NCBI GenBank assembly: GCA_011109175.1
Contig: RDEW01000007.1
Coordinates: 619,712-683,711, forward strand
DNA length: 64,000 nt
DNA from: Dicyema japonicum
Lineage: Eukaryota; Animalia; Dicyemida
Direction of reading: 5' to 3'
In this document: in pieces, positions 21,350 through 34,061 of the stretch
How positions within the stretch are numbered: the first letter of the stretch is position 1
Layout of the letters: each line of letters begins with the position of its first letter
Position numbers and translations under genes: made by a program
Notes under the pieces: generated by a model
The model's database searches: none
What the model was told of the DNA's origin: nothing
The model's input: the letters and a program-made list of their open reading frames with translations, nothing else

Positions 21350-24300
21350 GGTATTTTTCTTGTGCCGTATTTTTCTTCAGGTTATTCTTTCTCCCACAAT
21401 TCTTTTAACTAACTTCCTCCATGCTCCACGGTTACTGGCAATTATTCTGAGCGTATCCAGATCATCTCCTGTTTTTAGCTTTCGTCCTACATTGGTCAGG
21501 TCCTTGTGTAGAACCTTTGGCAAAGTTATGCGAGATCTTCCACGGAACGAGGAATTCACTTCTGGGCAGAAATAGTTCTCCAGTGCTATTTTAGCAGGCG
21601 TCATCTGGCTCATCCGAAGGATGTGACCAAACAGACGACATCTTGATTCAAAGATATCCAGACTCAATGGTCTTGTATTACATACTTTGTATAGATTCTT
21701 GTTTGTAATTTTTTTGGCCAGTTGATGCCAAGCAACAGTCGGAGTTGTTTACGATGGAAGGCATCTAGTTTGTCCATTACCATTTGTGAGACTCCCCAGG
21801 TTGCAGCGTTGTACATTAGGACCGGTTTGGGTTGAGCTGGTGACGTGGCTCTATTGCACACATGTCTTTTTCGTGCTTTTCTTATGGATCTTTCACTATT
21901 AGCTCGTTCAATGTAAGAGGATTAAAGTCGGATACTAAAAGAAGAAATTTATGCGTTGATCTTGAATCGTACAAGGTAACCGTGGCGTGCTTAAAGGAAA
22001 CGAAAGTAAAAGGCGGACTAGATGAAATCAACAGTGATTTCCGACTAATTCGGCACCCTTCGAATTGCCTACACTACGGCATGGGATTTGCAATACAAAA
22101 AGAACTGAACAATCGAATCCACAAGACGTGGAGGGTGAGCGATAGAATATGTGTTTTACAATTAAAATACGGTGAAAGGAACAATTCCATAATCTCCATT
22201 ATTAATGTATATGCACCAACTTCGGTGAGAGTATCAATCAATGGAGACTAACTAGACGACTTCTATTCCTCCCTGTCGCAACTATATGCATCTTTGAAGA
22301 CATCGTTCATGACATACATTGCTGGAGATTGGAACGCAAAGGCAGGACGTGGGAGTAGTCACGAAGAATTCATGGGAAGCCATGGAAGAGGGATCAGGAA
22401 CCAGTCAGATAATCGCTTACTAGAATTTTGCAATACATTCAAACTATTTCTATGCAATACTGCTTTCAGGCACTCAGCAAGACATAAGACGACATGGAGC
22501 TGCTACTGAAAGGACAAATCTGGGACTATCAAGCCTATATATAACCAAATAGATTACATTATCTGAAAACACAAGGCACTGCTATCAGATTCTCGGAGCT
22601 ACAGTGGGACACTAGTAGATAGTGATTCGTTGTGGCACGTTTCTTTTTCAAACGATATTTTGGGGTTTCCAAAGCGGCTGGCATGAGGATATCTGAGGGG
22701 AGGTTCGCAGTAGAGCAACTCTGCATGGTGGGACCGACTCGGGAAAGCTATCAAAATACATTGAGAGAAAAGATCAGACAGTGGAATAAAGAAAAAATGC
22801 CTGGGGAGCTGTGGCAAGACACCATCGATGCAATAAAGTGCGCGGCCCATTCAACAGTCGGAGTAAAACCGAAGCATTTCAAAGACACTATGACCACGAG
22901 CGTGAAGAACTATCCAAATTGCAGAGGAGCCTACGTTTACATGTCGAAACCTGTCAGGACCAGGCAAAGGAACACATTCTAAGAGTCATGCGGACCAAAC
23001 GAGAAAATAAAGGAAAATAAACTTGTTGGAATGGCTAAAGAAATAGAAAGGCTCAAAAACGGAGCGCAGATGTTCAAGGCTGTTAACCTACTACATAGAG
23101 ACACGCAGTCATCAAAAATCACAATACATGATCAGTTTGGAAAGACTATTATTATTAAGGCACTTTCACGAAAGCTATAATGATTATAGCCCCGCATGTG
23201 CAACACTCAAAGAAACAATATTTATAGTTAGTCTTTTCCATCTTCCTCTGTCGAATGCGAGTCTTAAAGACTATGTTAAACAAAAATCAAATTTTATCGG
23301 CCATATCCAGCCATTATCAGCAGACCTTCAATCAAAACCACGGGGAAAACATCAAACAATTCGATGGTGAAGCACGAGAACTAAATATTCCGATAACGAT
23401 TTGGAAACAAATAAAGCCCTGGACAAACTGAACAACAATAGAGCTGCTGGCCCTGACAACATAAATGCAGAACTTCTCAAATATGCACTAACCGAGATCT
23501 CTGAACTATTAACTAAGATATACAACAAAACATTCAAATACAACTCACCCCTGGATGTGGGTAATGGCACACTAATTGCACTACAAAAACCAGGCAAAGC
23601 TAAGGGCCCTTAACGAATTTAAGACCCATCGTACTATTGACGACTCTACGCAAGACACTATCACTTATAGTGCTGAACAGGATTGGACCTGACATCGAAA
23701 ACTTTCTCTCTCACGGTCAAACCGGATTCAGGTCAGGGAGATCTACAGCTGATGTGGTCTGGGGACATCGATGGCTTTGTGCAACACATCAAAAGTACAA
23801 GGGGGCTACTGGCATCCTTGGCATGGACATGTCCAAAGCCTTTGACTCTATACACAGAGGGAGATTTTTGGATATCTTGGAGACGTTGGTTGACGAGGAC
23901 AGTGTCAGAATGATCCGTCTATTACTTAACAACTCAGCTAAGTGTACGTTTTGGAAATTTGGAGTCTGTCCCATTCGAGACAACGTTCGGGGTACCGCAG
24001 GGAGATTCCATGTCACCGGTACTTTTTGTGACATATCTGGAGGCGGCATTCAGAGACTTCAGACTATTAATTGTCGATTTACCTCAAACTGAAGTGATTT
24101 ATACAGATGATATCGACTATATATCCAGCGACGAGAAAACATCAAACTATATACGGACAAGGATGCCAGTTGTGCTAGAAAAATGGTTCATCAAAATCAA
24201 TACGGAAAAGACGGAGACAACTACCATACGCCGTGAATTAACCCGAACTGATGAAAATGGAGATACTGTAAAAATTTGGGGTCGTTGCTCGGAGACTCTG

Positions 24301-24418
24301 AGGATATCACTAACATGAAGATGTTGGCCGTCGCGGCCTTAGAAAAATGGGAGTAGTCTGGAATCATCGTAAAAAATTAGCACACAATTACGTGTAAGAC
24401 TATACAACAACTTTATTA
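21350..24418 (-). mobile_element. Full-length RTE retrotransposon with inverted 5' portion (3' part minus 21828-21350; 5' part plus 21829-24418)
   Basis: The plus segment carries the 5' end, APE and RT and stops at RLYNNFI (24417). The minus segment starts at KPVLMYNAATW (21828) and runs to the RTE C-terminus; the two join seamlessly. Confidence 0.88.
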
Positions 24419-24492
24419 GCAATCTTAAATAACGAAATAAAGACAAATTTGTTATAATTTTCGGCCACATCAAAGTACATTATGTTTAATAT

Positions 24493-25059
24493 TCAGTGGA
24501 CCAGTCTGGACTTGGAGAAACGAGCAGCCTTGAAGATATTATCAGAGTTGAATTTCTCTAGCACGTGCTGAAACCCCAAAACAGCCTTGGCCGACCGGTC
24601 TCGATATTTGTCCACCATAAATTTGATGATGGGTCCAGTAAGAGTCCTCAATTTGGGGATACCATCAACTTCTTGTCAACCCACGTTTTATCCTCGTCCT
24701 CTCTGTAACAGGAGCATTCCTCGACTTTGGCTATCTTTGCGAGCGTCCCGACGTTGAAGGTCTCCGTTTTCAGCGTCCTGGAGCCAGGTCCAGCGTGGAG
24801 CGCTCAAGGACATACGTATGGAGAGAACTACCCATCCAGAAGGAGATCCAACGAGGAAGATGTCCAACTTTGTTATAAGTTTAGTCACAAGTAGCTTTCC
24901 GTCCTCGATTTTATGTTGAATTGTGTCTTCCGTTAGCACGTGGGTACTGTAATGACATAGGGAGGCATACCTGTAGGGGTTGGGGTACCTGTTGTAGAAA
25001 CAGCATGCTACGTCATCCCATTTGTAGTGGAATAACGAAGTTGTAGTGTAAGACTTCAT
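24493..25059 (-). CDS. PRELID1: PRELI/MSF1-domain mitochondrial lipid transfer protein (PRELID1/Ups1 type)
   Basis: WDDVACCFYNRYPNPYSTHVLTED after removing a 24-nt intron (24947-24970), then LITK, HLPRW, HTYVLE, KVEECSCY and GFQHVL. Three single-base dropouts at homopolymers (24866-67, 24784-85, 24655-58) must be restored. Confidence 0.85.
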
Positions 25060-26559
25060 GTTCGAAACAAAAATCGAGGAAAACAAAAATTATTCAAATT
25101 AAAAATTATTAAAATTATTTTATTATTTAATCATTTTCTATTTATTCTTAGTAATTATGAGCCATGGATTGTTTTTCTGCATCTTTGTGGTCACGTGGGT
25201 ATCTTGTAAATATTTTTATGGTATTATCACGGAATCTTTAGTATATATGGACTTTATCAACCTTAACTGTTTTATGATTGAGATAATGACGTAACCATAT
25301 ACCTATATCTCCCTATGACTGATTTGACGACTCGTTATTCTTATGTGGATGGACTAGTGACAAACTAATGAGGTGTTGTGTAGGTCACATATTTGAATCC
25401 CATGTGACTAAATCATCTATGCTGGGAATATAGGGCGTACTTGAAGGACTCAGGTGTTGGTCTATGTACCTTTAGGTCACCGGATTCAAAAACCCAGATA
25501 TCACTCAACAAATTCTTCTAACAAGAACCTCCCACTCCAACAAATTCTTCTAAAGGTGGAGCTTAGGAGGTGAATGAAGAAAACAGAACCCTTATAGAAA
25601 CATTTCACGATCTAATGAAAGATAATTTAGTGACATAAAGTAGTCTATCACATTTCTACGGTCAGATCCATCTCTATTGACTTTTTGGGGTTCTTGTATG
25701 ATATTCGAAAATGGTTTCAAACAGACAGTGCAACATTATAACCACTCATTTGGAAGATTTTCAATTTCCCTCGATTTTGCTCTAAATTCAATTGTATTGA
25801 GGTTAAAAGTGAATTTAATAGATTACATATGCATAACAGCCCACGTAGTTGGTTCAGACATACTTATTCAAGGAATCAGTCCATAGGTGGCTTCCAGAGT
25901 CTATTAGTGGTCTCTCCTGATCACACTGAATTTGTGATTTAATTTGTGACGAATTAAATTTGAAAGAAACCTGCGCGGGCCATAATGGAGCCCTTTGACT
26001 TTCATTGGGAATTTAGTCTCATTATAATATTCCCGACACAAGATCCAATCTTAATTATTTTCGGGTTCCGTCGCTAGTTATTTAATTCGCATAGTTGAAA
26101 GATACCATTTCCACGAGTTGGTTCGAAGCAGATATGAAATATCCTAACCTCGTGCTTATGCTCAGCCACCATAAAGTTTTTTTTCAAGACTACTGATTGG
26201 ATGTAAGAATATATAAGAGATCACTGTCACATTTACTTTGGTCAAATAAAATATTCGAGTTTCAATTAAAAGTCCGTCAGATTAGAAGGATCCACTATTA
26301 TTATGGTTGATGATTTACTTGGGATTTGAGTTACGCTAAAACTCCTCCTAACCGCCAAATTTTACTGAAAATCACCAAATCATATGGCAAACTCTTCCTA
26401 ACAGCCAGTTTTTTAATCGCCAACTTTTAAAAAAATAGTTCATTAAAATTTATTTTAAAATATCGAGGTAATGTATTTACATTCAGATGTAACAAGTTTA
26501 TTGCTATTCTTTGGCAAAGGTATAATGGTTAAAACAGTTTACCAGCGTAAAACTTGACC

Positions 26560-27320
26560 AAATTTGAAGCATACAAATCTGAGCATTAAAGACGATATGA
26601 TATATTTTAGCTTTGCTTGGAAAGAAATCTTCCCAATCACCATTTGTTTTAATGTGCACTTTTCACTTCAGACCGTCCTTCAAAAAAAGATCCAAGAATT
26701 TTCATTGGTCCTGTCCAAATACCGGTGACAAAATCTCCTTCAATTCTTGGGTTAATATTTGACAGACTGAGTTTTAACTCACATGCAGAGAAAGTCTCAC
26801 TAAAGGCTTACAGAAGTTGAATGTTGTACGCGCGCTTGTCTGGAAGACTTTTTTGAATTTGGATGCTTCCGTAGAGAAAACTCTACCAGCAAACCATCGC
26901 CCCAGCTGTGGAATATGCCTCTGTTGCATGGAGATCTGCGTTATCAGCGACTACGCTCCACAGAATAATTCAATATACCGGAAAACTATATTTATGATGG
27001 ACCCTCACTCTGGATCAACGTTAATCCCTACTCACGGAAGCTGCGATCCGTAGTCGCGGAACCGGATTCCTTCAGGTCTGTAAGGAGGACGGAAACCCGC
27101 TTATCCTGTCCTTTTCCAAAGCAAAAGGTTAGGAAGTTCTCCTTCCCTATCGGATTCCTCTGCAGGGATGAGAGAAGGCTCTTTCGCACGGTAGTGGGAA
27201 CAATGGAAGACCACAGACGTTGGATGGCTTGTTTGATTAGGGGAACTGGGATTACCTAACTGTCTGACGTTTTTCTGTCTTTTTTATCGATGATCCCGGG
27301 GTTCTAAATAAATAATTCTT
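26560..27320 (+). mobile_element. Ingi/Vingi-like LINE 3' fragment
   Basis: KTLYQQTIAPAVEYASVAW thumb motif. The 3' end GATGATCCCGGGGTTCTAAATAAATAA resembles 14660-14695. Confidence 0.7.
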
Positions 27321-27699
27321 TAAATCTTGTAGGTTGAAGAGACAGACAATATTAATGTGGTAAATAAGAATGTTATTCGGCTCTTCAAGCATTGAAAATT
27401 TAAACAGTCTGAATTATTTGATTTAAATGGAATGGAGTGGTTAAATCAAATTTCAAAAGCGTTGAAGAAAGAAAATGTAGTTTATCAAAAAATAAATTAT
27501 TCCTTATTACTCCTTCTAACCACCAGCTCTTGTTAACCGCCAGTTTTTTTCGAATTCCCAAAATTGGCGGAGTCTAATTTTACTGATTTCGGTTACAAGG
27601 AGTTACAAGGAGTCTTAATTTTAATGTCACTGATTTCCCTATTTTGACATGATTCGTTCGGAACTGGCAGTACCTAATTATTATTTCCTTCATTCTTGG

Positions 27700-28480
27700 T
27701 GGATCCTGGAGTTACTATACTTTTCATGTTAAAAAATGGACATATACTATTTTGGATTGTTAGACAAAAAACCTGATGGGATGACGATCTTCCTGTTTCA
27801 CAAAGGCGACATCATGTGTAGGGCAACCGAAAGTCAATAAAGTCGACTTGTGTTAAATTAAATGCCAAATTATTGATGATGAATCCGTCCCTGGTAGATA
27901 CTGTGGATGTGCTTCAGAACTAAATTTCCAGAATTTTCGCAGTACATAATATTGGCATGTTTGATTAAACGAGGTCATTCCAGGCTTTAGGATCGGTAGT
28001 ATATCCGCCATTGTCCAGACTGTCGTAATAACGTTATGTTGATGCCACAGATTCATAATTTTATCTTTGGTATTCTCCCTGGACCGGAAGAATAAGTTTA
28101 CTCCATAAATCATTTCTTAAACAACTTTCGTTATGGTTTATTCGAAGAGAGGGGACCACATAGGTTTTCTTACGGCATGAAACCGTTGCTGAGTCAGTAT
28201 CTCATAATCTTGTTGAGTTCATTTAGGTTTTCTAGACCGTCACACGTCACCAGCTTATCTGAATTGGTATAAGAGAGAGTCTTCCACAGCAGTGAGAAAG
28301 TACCTTGTAAGTCTGCCGAGAATTTTCCTCTTTTACATAAAAAACTATTGGTTTTCCTAATTTCTCATACTCCTCCAAGACCGTTGCGACTGAGAGGATT
28401 AAGGATGCACCAACAACTGAAAATTGGACCAGAAACTAAAGGAATTGGGAATTAAGTAAATTTAATAAATAATATCCTCA
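27700..28480 (-). mobile_element. Decayed LINE RT fragment
   Basis: WTMADILPILKPG followed by a degraded YRPISL region. Confidence 0.55.
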
Positions 28481-28538
28481 TTATAGAAGATTTGTCAAAA
28501 CTCATGAATCTGGAATTAATTTCCAAGTGTCTTACGTC

Positions 28539-29377
28539 TTAAAATCTTATGGCTCTTCCTGAACTGAAAATCAATGCTCCGGGCCTTCTTGGCTCAACAT
28601 AACGTCCGGTGACATCGGATATGACAGTCGAGGGTTCGAATCCGAAAAATGGACTTTTCCGCGAAAGTAAATTTTCTTCAAACAGATCCCACCTGTGAGG
28701 TGACGAGTCCTTCTGGCTCAACACATTTTTTGAAAGAGATCTGCCTACCTTTCTCCCTGGGCAACTTTACTGGTGAAGATTACTATTAGCAAAACTCTTC
28801 CGCCGAAAAATAAAGTGATGTCCGCGATGGTAGGACATGTCAATCTTCTCCGCCTCTCTTCGGAAGTCTGTAATGGACTATTGGAGGATGGATTTGGTCT
28901 ACACAAGCTGAGTTCCTTCCTTAGATTGATTAATTGTGACTTTGTGCTAAGCTTACCAAAGATTAAGGTAAATAAATGAATAAATAGTGCCTTCTATCAT
29001 TGAGGCACAACTGAGGAAGCTACTGGAGATAATTATTGTGACAGTAAGGTCCGAGGGTTGATATAACACTAATTTATTTGAATTCCTCCGTCAATTAATG
29101 CAACCCAAACTTGTGAAAATACCCAATAGTTGGAAAAATTGTCATAGTTGGGATGATAGCTAAACGGAAAAAATCGGAGGATCCTCAAAGCTATATACTG
29201 ATCTAAAAGATTATTGACCAAACTGTCATCTGAAAATCTAAACCTTGGTAGAAGAGAAACGTTTCTTAAGATAACACAAATTTCGCTTCCATCTGGTCGA
29301 TCCTGTGGCCATTGTTTGCTCCACCTCAGTTTTGAAACAACCAGGGCAAGAAACTCAAAGTGCTTTCTAATTGTCAT
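28539..29377 (-). CDS. Putative orphan multi-exon gene with hydrophobic segments; 5' part uncertain
   Basis: Removing GT-AG introns 28920-28956 (37 nt) and 28717-28748 (32 nt) joins three frames into ~160 open codons ending at 28539. The junction to the upstream 102-aa ORF could not be resolved and no family was recognised. Confidence 0.4.
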
Positions 29378-29699
29378 ATTTCAGGACATTTCGGAGGCTT
29401 CCGATATCGTGGAACATCAAGCTCAGTCTTCCAGTCATTCGGATGGGGATCCCACTAGAGTTGGTGAAATGGAGAATTCCTGCGCGGAAAAAACTACTAC
29501 TTGAATCATGAACGTTTTGAATGTGGTAGAGCTTAAGAGAGGAGTCCAATAAAAAAGAAGAGCCCTTTTTATGCGATTTTAGATCTCAGGAGATGCATAA
29601 AAAATATAATTAATATATTCAGTTCCCATAGCCAGAGTGAGACGGATCCTTTCCAAGCATCATATCCCCGATTGTGGAAACCCTCAAGTGAAATAGAGA

Positions 29700-31740
29700 T
29701 ATCCATTTTGTGTGCCGACTAAGCAAAACTATTAAATCAAAAACATTCAATTAATAAAAAAACAAATCGAAGTTGCTTGAAGGAGGAACCCGATCCGCAT
29801 TGAAGGCCCTCTCAAGCAATCCAACCGCTGATACTTACAAAATTCTATTGGAGAAGCATCCACCCTCTCCGAATGACCTACGCCACTGTTCACCCCCATC
29901 AAAAGTGACCTCATTGTCCACGTCGCCTGAGAATGTCATCACGCCGTTATGGAACTTTGCACCAAGCAGCAGTGGAGGTTTTGATGGCTTAAGGCCCGGC
30001 CATCTTAAAGACCTTATTTTACCGACTATTGGAGACTAAGCATGTCGTCTCTCCTTCTCACTCACTTCTTTTATGAACAGGATATTATCTGGACATTTGC
30101 CTGATTTGATACGACATATCTTATTTTCGGCGGGGATTTCATGGTTCCATCGTTCTCGGGTGTTCAACAGGGCGACCCCCTCGGACCACTGCTATTCTCC
30201 CTCGGAATTGAGAGGACTACGAAGCTCTCTTGATGCCCAATCAACATCTGGTACCTCGATGACGCTGTCTTAGGAGGTCCTCCGGAGATAGTCCTCCAGG
30301 AGTTGGAAGTACTCATCCCCGCGTTTTCCAAGGTGGGTCTTGAATTGAATACAACGAAATGTGAAATAACAAACTGTGGTTTTGCTGATGATGACTTCTC
30401 TTCAATTGTTGCAAATTTTTACTCCTTTTTTCCTGGTGGGATTTCGACCCCTGAAAAAGAATTGATTTTTCTTGGATCCCCGATAACTAGGAATGCGATA
30501 AGGATGTCTTCTTGACAAAAAACAACTCCTATGCGAATCGCTGGACAGATTACAGTTTCTTGACTCACACTCATCATATTCCTCATGAAAAAAGTCTTAA
30601 CATTCAGAGAATCGCCTATTTACTCAGGACAGCCCCGACTATTCCCAACTGGAGCAGCTTGAGCACTTTGATTTGTCTTTCCTAAGCTCGACGGAGCAAA
30701 TATTCCATGTCAAATTCGACGATGCTACATGGAAGCAAGCTACACTCCCAGTTAGATTTGGGGGTCTTGGAATCCGTCGTACTTTGGACGTCTCACTTCC
30801 TGCATATCTGTCTCACTCACGGCCTGCGAACCTTTGGTCAGGAGGATTCTACACTCCCTACACGAATTCTCAATTGACCAAGATATAATCCACGCACGAG
30901 AAGCCTGGAATGCCACCAACCTCTTCCTGCCTCCTTTACAAGACTGCCAGCGAAACCTGGACAATTTATTGTGCTGAAAATCATTTGGACTCCTACTGGA
31001 ATCGGCCAATCAGCACCGACGCGCTTGTTTGCTTTCAGGGGCTTCCCATGAGAGCGAGGCTTGGCTAAACGCCATCCCAAATGGAGCTCTGGGCACCTTT
31101 CTGGATAATGAATGCGTTAGAAGTGGTATCTCTCTAAGGCTGGGACTGAAAGTATGTGTACCTCACCCGTGCCGATGCGGCGTCCTGATAGACTGCTATG
31201 GCCTGCACCCTCTCGCCTGCAAGAGGAGCGCTGGCAGATCTCCAAAGCACAAGGCTCTGATTGTCAAGCGGGCTATGGATGCTGCTGGATACTCGGCCAT
31301 TCTTGAACCGGTCGGGTTATGCAGAAGTGACGAGAAACGACCGGACAGGATGACCATATTTTCCTTTGAGGCCGGGAAACCACTTGTTTGGGACGTGACA
31401 TGTACAGACACGTTCTCCCCGAACAATCTTCACGAGAGCGCTTCAAGGGCCTGCTCTGCAGCCGTCAAGGCGAAGGCCAAACTCGAAAAATACGGGGACC
31501 TTCCCGATGATGTCCAATTTGTTCCCCTTGCTATCGAGACTTCCGGATCCTATTCCCTCTCTACACTAGAGTTTTTCAGACGTCTTGGAATCCGGATCAC
31601 CTCATGCACTGGAGATCTCCGATAACGCCGCTGGCTGTTTGAGCGAATTTCGCTCACAATTCTGAGAAGAAACAGCCATGCAGTGAGGGGGAAGCTAACT
31701 AATGTTTTGTCCTTATCATTTTTAATAAATAAACTACTCT
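29700..31740 (+). mobile_element. CRE-clade non-LTR retrotransposon, longest copy (internally deleted, frameshifted)
   Basis: LLEKHP, SSSGGFDGLRPGHLKDL, GVQQGDPLGPLLFSLGI, WYLDD, LPVRFGGLGIR, PCRCG..HPLAC..H, KRPD..LVWDVT and PLAIETSG. Confidence 0.92.
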
Positions 31741-31769
31741 AAAAAAACAAATAATTAAAAATATAAAAA

Positions 31770-33083
31770 TCACAAAGAATAATAAATACATCCATTATTG
31801 GAGAATATACATAATTTAGGAAGACATCTGACATTCCCAATAACATTACGAAAATGAACAGACATCCAGGAGTCGACAGATGGGGGAGGCAACACAAATA
31901 TAGAACTTCCCCCACAACCATTCCACATTCTGACAAACCCAAATTCATCAACTATTAATTACATCAAATAACACCAGCACAGACAGCATCAAATAAGCTA
32001 TTATACTCAAACACTGTCCCCTTTCCTATAGAACTCCCATGTCCCTCAAATGTGGACAATATCCTCGACTGATTCCTTGTGTCATACAACACCAATTGTG
32101 AGTGACATCCACACATGACCAAATGATCTCCAACTTTCTCCAATTGGTAGTGGAGGGATGAAGTTAACCCTTTCAGCTTACTGCAACTCCACTTTGAGAC
32201 CCTCACATCATACAGCACAGCGGACCTATCCTTTGACCTCACTCCACAAATAACATTGTCATCCTTCCATCACAACCATAACTACCTTAAAACACACTCC
32301 ATTCGCTCCAAACCTGAATTTTACTCCCAAATCGCTAGCGCTATTTATAATCTGGACATAATCAGAGTATGCCAAAACATATTTGTTCATCCACGACATT
32401 GAGTGGGCAGAACTTGGGAAAGTAATGACATTAAAGTCAACAATCCTCAGATTATCAGTGTCCAATTGGAGGACGACCCAATCAGCCCTCAACAGAATGG
32501 CAACAGTGTATAAGGGTCCCTCGACGAAACAGACATCAGCAATGTAATTCCCCAAATATCTAAAGTCCAGAGGAGTGAATGGAGTAAGTCCTAAGTTCTC
32601 GTTCACAACATAAAAAATAAGGTGGTAGTTATCGAAGTGCATCAACAAATCCCCAAGTGGGGACATAAAAGTTTGGAAGACCGGTCTAGTTGTTCGAATT
32701 CCAGAAATAGTCTAAATGATAAACAAAGTGGAACTTGCTTTTTGAAGGATTTTGTGTATTTGAGAAGGTAATTAAGAGGAATCTCTGGGTTAAGTCCGTA
32801 TTCACATTTTGTTATAAAGTCGTGAAGGTTAGGCTTTAATACACACGTGTTTTGTAGAACATTGGTTAGATCAGCGGCTTTTACATTCATTATGTGTTCA
32901 TTTGTTATGAGATCCGTATTAATTTTAAAGAATCTATCCTGAGAGGAATTATAGAAGTATCCAGGTAATTCTAGTGGTTATGTTTGTGTACTAACTTCTG
33001 TCGTAGTCGTAGTGAGAATCAGCCACAGAATATGTAGATTTTGATAATAAATTCGAGTACAATTGTTCTTGTTCAGGAAGCAT
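31770..33083 (-). CDS. DCAF4: DDB1/CUL4-associated factor 4 (WDR21)-like WD40 protein
   Basis: With four introns (25, 23, 22, 23 nt) the frame is open: N-terminal LPGYFYNSSQDRFFKI (DCAF4 LPGFYFDPEKKRYFR type) and C-terminal LVLYDTR..FEGH..VCAVDEFGFVRMW..LPPP. Confidence 0.75.
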
Positions 33084-33716
33084 CACATCGAATCAGTCGA
33101 TTTTAAATTCAATAAAAATTCAATAAATTTTTTTGATTAATATTTATTTTGTTTATAAACTCAGCTTTACCAACGAGAGAGTTAATATCTAAAAATCAAC
33201 AATAATAAAAACTTTCCACGTTTGCTTGTTCGCCAGCCTCCTCAGGCAGGTTCGATTCTGGTTGCTGAAATTGATTATTATTAACTTAAAATTTCCATAC
33301 TCTTAGGTATTTCTGATTAAACGTGGCGTCACGAAATTCATCATTTTAATAATGGAAAAAATTTGGCGACTATTATATGTCACCTCTACATAAAAGATTG
33401 AGCTGGTGACTCTAATATTACTAAAACACGGTCTTCTTCAATTCCTCTCCACACCAGACTGATCTCTAAAAGCGTCAGCTTTTGGCTGTTAATTCCAGTC
33501 AGCTACTGGTTTCCTTCTTTTAAATAGAAAAGGGTAATTGAACAAAAAATAAAAAGAGAGAATTAATAATATCAGCAATAATCATCAAGATCCTTCAAAG
33601 TTCCCCCAGTTTTAGTTTACCAAATTCCGTACTTCCTACCTGTTCAAAAAATTAGCGCCAAAATTTTCGTATAAATTTAAATTTTGACTGACGTGGAGGT
33701 CATCCAACTAAATAAA

Positions 33717-34061
33717 ATGGACCCTGAAACTGCAAAATCGTCCGCAATAAGCCAATATATCTACAAACTAAGCGGGAGGACACTAAAGTGTACTACTATT
33801 CCTCCATTCGTGGTTTAAAGAAACGGAAACGCAGAAATATTAGTAGTTACGTTGTTCTTACAAACTCTAGGCTCCAATGACGAGATTGCTGGAGCTATTG
33901 AGAACAATGAGGATGTAAGGGACTTGATGATGAACTGGAAGCTTACAGACATCAGGAATGAACTTAGAAACAGAAATTTGAATCTTTACGGAAATAAAAT
34001 TGAATTAGCTAAGAGACTTTCAGCCCATCAAGGAAGAAATTCAGAAAAATCTCTCTTATGA
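33717..34061 (+). CDS. Small (~105 aa) SAP-domain protein with basic NLS-like motif
   Basis: SAP motif WKLTDIRNELRNRNLNLYGNKIELAKRL. Upstream exon MDPETAKSS...GLKKRKRRNI joins through a 28-nt intron (33843-33870); one A must be restored at 33765-33767. Confidence 0.65.
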
